A program made the position numbers and the translations under genes. 64,000 nt of DNA from Setoptus koraiensis (lineage: Eukaryota > Animalia > Arthropoda). The DNA is taken from contig CM106586.1 of NCBI GenBank assembly GCA_048013815.1, positions 19,034,001 to 19,098,000 on the forward strand. The letters run 5' to 3'. The notes beneath the pieces were generated by a model. It saw nothing but the letters and a program-made list of their open reading frames with translations. It did not search any database and had not been told where the DNA came from. The stretch's first letter is position 1. Every line of letters starts with the position of its first letter. Shown here in pieces: positions 13,765-24,780 of the stretch.

Positions 13765-14059
13765 GATAGGATAATAAAATTGCTGCTTCACAGAGAGCGT
13801 CAATAAACTCTTGAGACTTATTCAAAGTCCATGATATAAACTAACAACTTGCAAACTATAAAAGAAACATTTAATCGTTTCTGATCTAAAAACAAGTCAA
13901 AAGTCATGAGAAATGGACGCTGAATAATAACAATTAGTCTCACAATTGAACTCGATTCAGTATAATATCTCGACAGTACAAAGCTCGACAAGTCTATGTT
14001 TCGAGTATTACATGCTGTCATGTATTGTGTGTAATGAATTCATTTGAGCATATCTCTAT

Positions 14060-15432
14060 TATTCGGAATCATCTTCGACGTCATCTTCATCGTCCTCGTG
14101 ATCATCGCGAGGAACGATAACCGAGAACTTGATGTTATATGCTAAACTTTTTAGGAAATCCATTGGGTCTCGATTCAATCGCTCAGCGTAAACCACTCTT
14201 ATTCTCTCTTCTATTCCGGTTCTCTTCTATTAGTATGCGAGTGAGGAACCATCGCAGGTTGCAATTTCTCTATCTAATTTGCAGTTGAACGTTGTTCATC
14301 TCTGAACATTCTTAAGCCTCTGAGGAGGCCAATATGGCTGTCACCTGCGAGCAAACCAAATCTCAAATGGCAGGCTTCTAAAGAGTTCTGGCTTCGAGGC
14401 AGATTGGCGTCCATTACGTCAGTTACGGACCACGTCCCAGACGGGAACTGAGTTGGTCGGCGACCTCTTCCAACTCTCCGACCAACGACATGATATTTGG
14501 CAAACCAAGCCAGAAGAGCACTGCCTCTTTGATCAAAATTCTCTTTGATCAATTCGAATGTTCGTTCGATGTCACTCGGAGGCACAAATGCGAGAGCAAT
14601 AAGTTGTCGAACTTGAATAGAAAAATGCGATTCTGGGTCTGCATATATTCTTTGCAACTCGCTGGATTGCACATGTCGGTAAACGATTTGTCCCAGATGA
14701 AAGTAGCACCCTTTGTACATTGCCAACGGAAATTTCACCCGAACAGCGTTAATCATGGCAGTTTCAAAGTCTGTTGAGATGAATCTCGGCGCCAGAACAA
14801 TACCGTATTGCTCGCATTACTCAATCAGTATATCGAACATCCTGCGATATAAACGCTCTCTCTCTCTCTCGCTAGTCATGAGAGTGTACACTAATGATAC
14901 ACACTTTCTGCCGGATTCTTCTATTCCAACCACACCACGTAAGGTATAGATTTGCCTGAATAAAACAGGACATGTTTTAAAAGTGCCATCCACCACGATC
15001 GTTGGTGAAGCACAGAGTTTCGACACCGAACTGAGCGATGAAAATATCAAAATTGTGTCACCTTCATGTTCTTCATGAGCCAATAAGAACGAATCACCAG
15101 AGACCGTCTTCGGATCCGTCTATCGAGATACTGTACTGTCGAGATTTCGTACGTCGAGATTCCGACCCAGACCCGAATCGAGTTTATTGTTCTGCAAGTA
15201 CTACCGTTGATCATAATAGTTCAGTTAGCCAATGGCATCTCCTTACGGGTTTCAGTCTATCACAGTCCGCGTTTTTTCTTATCAATCTCAATTGTTCCGC
15301 TCTAATATAATGCACTTCCTTTTTGACTTCAACGTCCAAAACCTGAAGGCTATATTGTGAGTGCTCATCTGAATCGCACGATAGCGTAGGTGAGTGTTGG
15401 TGGACGCGTGCGGTGGGTGCCATACGGTGCAT
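14060..15432 (-). mobile_element. Mutator-like (MULE) transposase, disrupted
   Basis: VVDGTFKTCPVLFRQIYT (first Asp), ISTDFETAMINAV (second Asp), KGCYFHLGQ (CxxH), FPSGTWSV, RSQNSLEACH (Glu). In-frame TAA at 14817-14819, TAG at 14274 and further lesions at both ends. Confidence 0.9.
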
Positions 15433-15496
15433 CAGTAGATGAAACTAGAGTAAACGCTCAGCTTCACATAGGTGAGATGTTTTTTCTATAAAATGC

Positions 15497-15895
15497 GACA
15501 GCATTCATATTTGCTTTTTTTTCACCACAAAAAAAAAATCATTTGTTAGACACTTATACATATACGTCCCAGAATATCGATGAAGTACATCATGAATATA
15601 GCAATTTTATTCTCTTTGTTGATTGTAGTTCAATCGTCGATTTGCCAGAGGCCCGGATGACTAATGAAAATTGAACGAGGATAACTACATTGGGATTGAA
15701 CTACAATCAACAGACAGAATAGGACTGCATTATTCATGATATACTCCATCGATATTCTGGGACAACCGTTGCTCAAGTTTGCTCTGATTAGCAACTTCAA
15801 TCTAACAACTTGTAAGCACTAAATCTATATGTATAAGTGTCTAACAATCGATAGTTTTTTTTTGCTGTGAAAATAAGCAAATATCAATGCTGTCT
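15497..15895. repeat. ~400-bp imperfect foldback (palindrome) next to the MULE 5' end
   Basis: 15566-15635 pairs with 15697-15763 (gtcccagaatatcgatg...tgttgattgtagttcaatc / gattgaactacaatcaaca...catcgatattctgggac). 15497-15564 pairs with 15821-15895 (gttagacacttatacatata / tatatgtataagtgtctaac). A ~57-bp insertion interrupts the right arm. Confidence 0.85.
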
Positions 15896-16329
15896 GCTCA
15901 ATGCGATTTGGTTCGTTGGGAAAATTTATCAGAATTGTAGTGGAATTTCTATAAATAACGGGAGATGCAAGAATAGAGAAAACACCTCATCGAAGTGAAG
16001 CTGAGCAGTTCCTCCAGATTCATCTACTGGTACCTTCACTAACACTTACCTACACCACTGCGATTTAACACTCACTTGCAGCCTGCCTGACTATCGCGCA
16101 ACTAATGTCTTCAACTATACTTCGTTGGTTGTTTTTGGGTAGACATTTGAGACTCGTTGAGTTCACAGGTCTCCCCGCTGGCCTTCCTCGACAGTAATAA
16201 ATAAATGAATAATTTACACACAGAGTCGCACACCCATGGCCTCAGCGCATACATTGTTTGACAAGATCGTGCAATGGGGTCTTGTCGAACAATGTAATTT
16301 ACACCCAAATAGTGGCACAGAGCATCCTG

Positions 16330-16609
16330 TGAACAGCAAATCATTTTACCTCATCTGTATTCTAATTGCAATTACATATTGCATAATTCGGGATACAACA
16401 GGAAAATGTACAGGTATGCTTCTGTAATATTTGAATGTCAACATGTCATCGATATCCCGACCTGTACATTGGGCAACAACTGGCAAATACATGTACTGTC
16501 TAACATCCCTGTGAGCCGTCATTGTTGTCAATGAAGCGCGCTTCCCGTGCTTGTACCGATACTTGGAATTCCGATTAGTATTGTTCACAGGACTCAGGAA
16601 ACAGTTCAC
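16330..16609 (-). mobile_element. Possible relic of a hAT transposase C-terminal dimerisation domain
   Basis: RDVRQYMYLPV...DDMLTFKYY...HFPVVSRIMQYVIAI resembles the hATC pattern EVxxYLxxP...DxLxWW...FPxLSxIAxxYLAI. Degenerate, with a stop following. Confidence 0.35.
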
Positions 16610-17399
16610 ACATAGAGCAGAGTGTATGCAAAGTTAGGCTGGTTCTTCCAATATTTCAAACGAGTAACCTTCCTGTGTCTAGGTGCTCATATGACCAATG
16701 ACAAGGGAAGACAGATGGGAAATTTCGGTGATGGCAAAACTCTGGAACTTTGTATACGGGCCAGACCCATCTAGATGAGTCTTTTGAGTCCTATTCGTTT
16801 CCACCGAAAAAATCGAATTTCGACCTTTCCTGTGTCAAAAAACAAAATATAGGGTGTATTTTCATGAATTTACCCGCAATACATTTTTCGCGAATTTTCG
16901 ACAGGTAGAAAGGTGTCTTCCCTACGGGGAGCAACCACCCCTCTTAGATCCGGGTCTTCCTCCTGGCCAGCCATGATCAGTGCTTCTTGCAAGAAAAAAC
17001 AGAAAAATCTGACGCTTGGGTCTCATAAAGACCGAATCTGACGATCTTTGAGTAGTTTTAAACGACGATTTTGTTCTCTCCACAATCTGTATCAACAACA
17101 CATGCGACCGATGACGGCAATTGTCGGCGCCGCTCTCACAAGGTAAACCCTTGTATGGGATACAAGAGATTGTCAGTGACGGACCAATCGCAATCATCTG
17201 ATATAGATTAGTGCTATGACTCCGGCTATCCGATAGTTGATTTTACAACTTTGTTAGTTACCGATATCAGGAGTCAGCCGAAATCGATTGATGTTGTCGG
17301 TTCTCTGAAGATCATTTTCATTGTGTTCCTTCCGTTTGCGACAATATTTCATTGTTGATTCAATTATAGTCAATTGATTGGTGCAGCTTGTTTGCGGAT

Positions 17400-17846
17400 G
17401 CTCGGCAACAGACGTAATATATATATATATATATGCCTCACAACTAATTATTTGGCTTCGATGTCGGTGTTGGTGACCTAGTGACAGGCCACAATTGCCG
17501 TAACAGTGATAGCACAAAGGCTCGTCGTTGTTGTCATGGTCAGCGTTTAATTTTTGTGCCAATTCTGGTTTCGCTTCTAACAAAATGAAATGTCATCGTA
17601 GCGTAGCAGCAGTAGCATTGTAAAAGAGACTAAACATTGTTATTTTTTAATATGGTTTCTTCGGTGTCTAACGATACCGCTAACGGTCTTACAACGCGCA
17701 TGCCGCCACTAATGAGCCACGCACACTATCACAAGCGAGTAACGGTAATAAATCAAAGTATACAAGTTGTCCTGACAATTGTGAGTAATCAATTTATTGC
17801 TCGCATTTGATGTACGTGGTCAGTACAATGGACAGTCTGTGTGCAA
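17400..17846 (-). repeat. Inverted repeat copy 1 (447 bp), near-identical to 22045-22493
   Basis: Reverse complement of 17400-17846 matches 22045-22493. Differences seen: ggtcacc/ggtcgcc and a 2-nt indel at the internal (TA)n tract. Both copies give the same spurious ORF (MLEAKPELAQK...). Confidence 0.95.
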
Positions 17847-18327
17847 GCTGTCAGCCATCTCAACCAACAAACCTAACAGCTATTGCAAACTTCTTCTATA
17901 ACACAATTTACTAACGAATCACCCTGGAGAAATACAACGAATAACCCGCTACTCTCTTTATGTAACACTGTCCCACCAACCATAAACCAACATGATAACC
18001 AAGTCGCCAATAGCACATTGATTGAATAAAACAATTGCTTCTCATTTCTACCTCTAACACAACCGAATCTGGTGATGAAAAATTGATAATATGCTCGTTA
18101 ATTGCCGCACAAGTAGTCATTTTGTTCATTTTTATTATTCACGTTATAATAAATTTAGATTATTGTTACAGTGTGCTTACAGTGCTGTTATGTGTATATA
18201 ATTTAATTTAATTGAATTTAATATATGTTGTGTTAATTTGTTATTGATATAACAAATTACATGTAGTGTTTACATGTAGTATTGTGTCCGGTGCTTGTGC
18301 ACTAACTAATTTCTACTAATCCTGAAA

Positions 18328-20136
18328 TTAATGCCCATTGATCGATTTGAATGTTTGTGTCAATTCTGACGTGGTTGAGTCAACAAAATGGAGAAACTTG
18401 ATGTAATCCCTCAGAAGCACATAGTCAACTAAAATTCGATTGTAATCGTGCCTCAAAAACTTCAGTCTAGAGTCCATGACGCTTCTTGGGAGATGGTTTG
18501 GCTTGTGATTGATGTGATCTACCTGAGATGTGATGGTATCATCTGATCTGCGCATTATATTTAGGCGCCAATCATCGTCATAGGTGCTGGTGTTATTTGT
18601 TGAGTTGACATCCACACTCATTGTTTGTTTTCTGTGTGTGAGCATTCTGAAATGTTGATTGTAATGCATTCTATTCAATTCGGCAGCCTTGCCAATCAAG
18701 CACAACAAATCTATGACTGTGTCCTCGACTTGGAACAAAGCCCTGAGATTCGCATCTTTACTAACAATTTGACTCTGTATCGTAGCCTCAAAGCCCATTG
18801 CAAAGTATTGCAGATACTCGAGGGTGACATTAATCTTTTCGCGCGTCTATATTTACATTTGCAAGCATGATGATAAAGAACAAAATTGTAAGTATACTGG
18901 TTTTGATAGACATGGGCAAACGACGGTTGTTCAAGGATGGATACTTACAGTGTTGTAGGCGTGCACTGAGCCATTGTTTAACATATCAACTTCTGGCATC
19001 CAAACTTGTCGATAGGCTTGTGTCTTATTTATAAATAAGTCCCTATCAGAGACTTTGCTGAGCTGTTTAATTGGTAAATTGGTTGATAGAGACACAGATG
19101 TTAGCGATTCAATATATGGATCACATGCAACAGTTTCTAGTCAATCATTGTTGAAGCTACTTACTAATCTATCGAGCGCAATCATTGAGAGATTTCTTGT
19201 CTGTCCCAATTTTTCAGATAGACTGTCCAAAGCCAACTTGAGCCGGTCCCTGATCAAGGCCAATTCCTCAGGGCTGACAGGACTGGTGGCCGATGAACTT
19301 TTACCTGCCCCCAGTCCCTTGCTCTCAGGCTCCTCAGATTGGTGTAGATATTTGATTTTGCGTGATTTCTTTACATTACCATTGGAGCCTCTGTTTTTGG
19401 CCACTCCCAAAAGCGACTCACTATGATAATTGGCGCCACGATCATACTTGTCCAACTTTGTCTTCTTATGGTGCTGTTTGCCTATAGATCTTGCCGGCCT
19501 CGTTTGTGTCACCACAGCTTCGAGCGTTCTATTCGGGGCTCCGATATTGCCACTTGAGTTGTTCAGTTCGACGCCCAAAACATTCGAATGTTCGCAAGGC
19601 TGGGCCCACCTTGGTGGTGGAATTTTTCTAATAGGATTTTTGAGATATCTGTAATAATCAAACTCTAGTCTTAGATGTGCAGGCCAATCCTCAAACGGAT
19701 CCTCTAAGACCCTAACTCTTTCCTCGTAAGATGTGTTGGCCAATATTGTTTTGTCGTCGAACAATAATGATATATCGTCTGTTGAATTGTAATCACTGTT
19801 ATTGTTGTTGTCCATCCTAATCACAAGATAATCTTGAGGTCGGTGCTGATTTCTTCTTTTAGACTTGTTTTTACAATAGAATATTTTTTCACGACTGAAA
19901 TGTGGGACTGTTCCCTTCGGTATGGGCACCATCAGCTCATACGAAGGGTATCCTGGCTCGAAAATGCCTAGTGGTCTACCTGGTGTGTAATTCATTCTGG
20001 GAATGATTGTTGTTGCTGTTGTTGTTGTCTCAGTGCCGATATCTGCGGATGTGGGTGCCTGATCATTGGCTTGCGTCGGAACAATTAGGCCAATTGAACC
20101 GATTGTGAGCAGTAAAATTGTTTGGTATCGCACCAT
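18328..20136 (-). CDS. Secreted protein, ~534 aa, with a C-terminal putative long-chain four-helix cytokine domain (IL-6/Unpaired-like); exons 20136-19165, 19062-18949, 18846-18328
   Basis: Signal peptide MVRYQTILLLTIGSIGLIVPTQA. Two 102-nt phase-0 introns with GTAAGT donors and CAG/TAG acceptors join three frames seamlessly (...IALDRL/LSKVSDRD...WMPEV...AYNT/TREKINVTLEYLQYFAMGFEATI...VIDLLCLI...DYVLLRDYIKFLHFV...). Gene structure is well supported; the cytokine assignment is motif recall. Confidence 0.75.
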
Positions 20137-21434
20137 TGTTCGCTGTTTGTTCGTGGTTGCTGAGCGCTCTTATTGTTGATTGAAAAAGACTAAAAATTTT
20201 GCGTTCTTTATTGTTTTAGATGAGAATGGATGAGTATTAACAAGATGACGAGTAGGATTCGAATTGATTCGTTGAAGATTTAGATTGTGATTTCGAGCAA
20301 GTTGCCAGTTTACCTCTCTGAAGTCAACTGATTCTCTCTGCCTCATCAACATCGCTATTTATACTAATTTTTGTCTCACATGCAGACTTGCTAATTAATT
20401 AGTCAAGTCTAGACAGACTTTACAAATCACTCGCGCTGACTTTATTACCTTGATTCATCTGCCCGGGCCCCAATTTGTGCGCAAATCATCAACGCAATCA
20501 CTCGTCTGGAGTATACCACTTTTGCCTCTATAATTTGTTAGTGGCAGTGTCTCGGTATTTGTTTGTGTCTTGACAACCTGATTGCGCCTGACCATGATGA
20601 CAAAAGTGAAAGTTGGCCCGCTGGCGGCACCCAAACATCAAGAGCAACCAATCAAGTGGAGTCACCTTGGCCTGTATGTAAAATAAGGCATACATTTACC
20701 TGAGCGAGACCCTGGCAAGTTCTTGCTTATGCGATGTGTTGATCTGTTTCACATTGTTAACAACAGTTATTGAGATGTGTTTTGTTAAAGCGCTTAACAA
20801 TGTTATTGCATATTCAACAACAACATTTACAGCACAACATGATGCCGTCGTAGCGATTGATTTAACCCCAAAGTTATGCAACCTGATGCCAATGACACTT
20901 CGAATAAACACAACACTACACTACTTGAGATGCACATGTATTCCTCATTGGTTGTTGGCCCCATGCAGGCACCCCAGCAACGCAACGGGGGGTGACCACT
21001 GTCATCCGTTGGCTCGTCTTACAGTCTGCCCGACTATCCCAACTATCTATTTATCTGAAAGGCCCGGGCATTCTGTCTGGCATTGTCTCTTGACAACAGT
21101 GCACAAACAAACTTTGTCTCGAATGCGATCAATCCAATACCTCAACGCTGTCAAAATGGCTGCTCAAGGGCACGCCGGACAAATTCGTCGTATCAAGTCG
21201 TCTGCCTTGTTGTCCGTATCCACCACCAATTAATGATTTATCTCCTCTAATTCTCACAATACAAAATATTGCAAAAACAATTCGCTGGCAATATAATATT
21301 CTGCCTCAAGGTAGATTCAAGGTACGTGTCTGGGCATCAATTTGCCAATATGTCATCACACATAAATTATGTCTACTTACCCGAATATGCGCGCCTATGT
21401 CTGCGATAGTGAATATTCGACTTGATCCGATCAA

Positions 21435-21800
21435 TCAGTCAACCTTGGCTCGACCAAACAAAAAGCCAAAACTTGTCTTGTCGTTCTGATGCTCAATCAA
21501 AATCAATCTATGCTCCGTCGACATGACAATCGCTTGTTCCTTTGTCTGGCTTGATGAAATATTTTGTGGCAGTAAGTTGCATGAATAATTTCGTATGAAT
21601 AATTTTTCTGGATTCGGTAGGAACTTGTGATGCTGTCGGGACACTCTGCTTGACAATGGACCAACAAATGGCCTTGAACATTTCGCGAGACTTGTGGCTC
21701 GAATGTGAAATTCAAATTCAAAATCAAATCACTTGATTGAAGATTGTCATTTGAATAAGTCTGTAGAGTTCGAATTAAACAAGGCTTATCAGTGAGCGCT
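21435..21800 (-). pseudogene. Possible frameshifted dual-specificity phosphatase relic
   Basis: SNDNLQSSDLILNL...QGHLLVHCQA then, in a shifted frame, VSR. This approximates the DSP acid loop plus VHCxAGxSRS P-loop. Confidence 0.35.
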
Positions 21801-22044
21801 AAAAAACGCAGTGTCGTGTTCCGGCAATAAGCAAGATAGGCCATAAACAGATAGGACAGATATACAGACAGATGCCAATGGTTGCTCATTAGCAACCAAT
21901 AAACAAACATGCTCTGAATCGACCATTCATTTACCCAATCAACTCATTATATTAATCAGCAATGAATGTGAAACTAACATTGCCTGGCCACTCATTTGGC
22001 TATCTGACTTACAATGCGAATGGATTCAGTGCCAGAGACAAAGT

Positions 22045-22493
22045 TTGCACACAGACTGTCCATTGTACTGACCACGTACATCAAATGCGAGCAATAAATT
22101 GATTACTCACAATTGTCAGGACAACTTGTATACTTTGATTTATTACCGTTACTCGCTTGTGATAGTGTGCGTGGCTCATTAGTGGCGGCATGCGCGTTGT
22201 AAGACCGTTAGCGGTATCGTTAGACACCGAAGAAACCATATTAAAAAATAACAATGTTTAGTCTCTTTTACAATGCTACTGCTGCTACGCTACGATGACA
22301 TTTCATTTTGTTAGAAGCGAAACCAGAATTGGCACAAAAATTAAACGCTGACCATGACAACAACGACGAGCCTTTGTGCTATCACTGTTACGGCAATTGT
22401 GGCCTGTCACTAGGTCGCCAACACCGACATCGAAGCCAAATAATTAGTTGTGAGGCATATATATATATATATATGTTACGTCTGTTGCCGAGC
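22045..22493 (+). repeat. Inverted repeat copy 2 (449 bp)
   Basis: See 17400-17846. Confidence 0.95.
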
Positions 22494-22739
22494 TTATTGG
22501 TCTAGCTGTGGTCTTTGCTCGAATGACCAGCTTTAAATGTCCATAAAGTGACTGGACCCCATTCAAAGTCACCGAGAAATGTTACGGAAAGAGACTAATG
22601 AAATCCTCTGTTCAAAGATCTTGTTCTATCCATCGGTGCCACTATTAGATTTCATTGGACGTTGTCATTAGAAATGACCATCGTTAAAAACAAAGAAAAC
22701 GTTTGCTTACGTTTGGGGTGCAACACGGCGTGAGATAGC

Positions 22740-23677
22740 AGGGAGTCTTTCTTCTAAACAGCAAATAACTGACGAAAATATCCACACCATATTGCCTCAA
22801 AATTTCATTCTGAATACTGAGCACTCTTCAATTTATAAACGGCTGCGGAAATTTATTACTCGCTAGAGGGAAGCTACAAGACAAAATATATAATGTCGAA
22901 GAGCTTGTTGGTAATATATCTGGTCGTAGTCAGCTAGTGTCTCTTCGTAAGGGGAGCTCTTGAGGAGAGCTTGACACTAGCTAAACGTCAATGTGTCAAA
23001 TCAATCAAGAAAGTCGATACAGTTTCCGGTTTTCTAGATTTATCTAATAAATTGATGCAAGACAATGAATTGAGCGAACAGAAGAATGAAACGATAAATA
23101 GATGGTTACACAGTACTAATGGACAAGACGATATCGGAGTATTTCGAGGGAGCGTCAACGATTCATTCGGTATGCCAGATTTCATTTAGTACTTGATCAT
23201 GTTCGACCTGCAGATAAAAGTAGAACATGCCAGCTATGGTAAATTATTGGGACAAAAAAAAAACAGATTGTTGCCCTTCTTTAGACGGTTTTTTGGGAAG
23301 CTCATTTTAGCCCATAGTGAGATTGGCATGGAAAGGCTACATTGTGAGGAGAATCGATTCAAGAGCAAAAGATCCAAGCAAGTTTGAATTGAGCGAAACA
23401 GTGCAAAAATGGATGAAAGTAGTACAATACTGTCGAGGTGTGCTAATTATTACAGCTAGTCCGGATATTGAGCAGCTAACAATTGCCAGCATCACAATGG
23501 CTATCGTGGCTTACATTTTGTTGGCGTGGGCATATTATGAAGCTAAGGCGAGGCTGGGATAGTAATAGCAGTGGTCAATTCAAATCTCTAGATCACATCC
23601 TGATCAACACAACATCAAATAGTCTAATCACACTTTTCCATTATGGGTCGAATGTCCATCGGTCAAGTCATGATTAA
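22740..23677 (+). pseudogene. Degenerate coding-like stretch of unknown family
   Basis: Chain of short protein-like ORFs in shifting frames (22971, 23193, 23317, 23483) with stops and an A9 run at a frame change. Family not recognised. Confidence 0.3.
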
Positions 23678-23959
23678 TTGAAAGAAACAAATGAACTCAT
23701 ACCATCGATAATGTTGTTATGATACAAAGTGTTTCAAAATAAAGTAACTTCATACTTTATTTTGTATACTATAGTGATGTATTATATAATACTTATAGAA
23801 CATTTCAGTTTTTGAAAAATAGTTCAATCCCACTACACAAAACTATCTCACATTGATTATGGAGAGCAGAAAGTTTCAATGGCTCAGACCACGAGTAAAA
23901 TGAACCATATATGAACCATTTCTAACCTTTTTTAGGGTTATTGTGAATAGTACTGCAGT

Positions 23960-24780
23960 TGATCAATTAATCGGCAATCAATAATAATAGCAGCTAACCC
24001 ATATCACCTAGTTGACCTCAGGCTCGAACATCTGAAAAGATACATATTTCCTTACTATAATCTAAATCAAAATCGAATTGTTCTGCTGTACGCGGGCAAT
24101 ATTCTTCAGACCCAATAGTGATTCGAGTCAATCGTAAACCATCTGGAAGTGTGTGCTCTTCTTTTATCTGGCCTATCGAACCAACTATCGGCTCCCCAAC
24201 TAGCCATATAGGCTATGTCTCCTCCTAGCAGAACGTTTCCCCTATTCAATTTTGGATATAACAAACAAATAGGTCTAACAGTATCTGACCATATCCATGG
24301 TCGTTCCATTTGCATTAGTGTCGAATCAGTGTATGGATGTAACTGCATTTTATAGACTTTTCCGAATTGGGCATTATAAAATGGTCCATCAAATGGATCG
24401 TCTGTGCCAACCACGATTTTAACTTTGAAGTCTGTGTAATTTTCCATCCAATGGCCGCGCTCTCTAGACGTTAATACGTATTCCTCGTTTATCATTACGC
24501 CAGAACATGATATGTGTCCTACTGACTCACCTTCGTAGGAAGAAGTTATAGCTATCACAAAAGGAAAATCTTTCACTAGTCAGCCACCATCCATTCTTAC
24601 TTCACTTCCTGTGTCTTGTACAGGTGAATAGGTCACATCTGCTCTTGCACCACATTCAATCGGGACATTAACACTACCCTCCTTCCAGCGCGCTTTCAAG
24701 CCATTCTTCGGTGGTCTCGATTTTTTTCCTCTTTCAGCATCAACCAGCAACATTTTTTGTGGAAATTTCAGAATGACCAA
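23960..24780 (-). pseudogene. Trypsin-family serine protease (homologue) pseudogene
   Basis: VRMDGG*LVKDFPFVIAI (IVGG-like activation motif, in-frame TGA 24580-24582), SCSGVMINEEYVLTS, VRPICLLYP, MASWG. A frameshift near 24160-24200 leads into LPDGLRLTRITIGSEEYC...EICIF...A*GQLGDMG* (GDSG equivalent) with further stops. Confidence 0.75.

Noticed and set aside
16111-16344. YALRPWV as a Harbinger transposase motif (GDxxYPLRPWL)
   Set aside because: The preceding GD and other DDE motifs are absent; a single short match is insufficient.
17254-17583. Duplicated 'gene' MLEAKPELAQK...CYHCYGNC with zinc-finger-like Cys/His (also at 22308)
   Set aside because: It starts at TTG, runs through a (TA)n tract and diverges outside the repeat. 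It is a by-product of the inverted repeat.
19141-19143. Possible stop-codon readthrough or a 28-nt micro-intron, since the frame stays open after the TGA
   Set aside because: A canonical 102-nt intron (GTAAGT at 19164, branch-like gctaac, CAG at 19063) removes the stop in phase. The 28-nt option breaks the frame.
24018-24582. Selenocysteine recoding of the in-frame TGAs in the protease relic
   Set aside because: The same relic also has a frameshift and a TAG, and no SECIS was recognised. Pseudogene is the simpler explanation.
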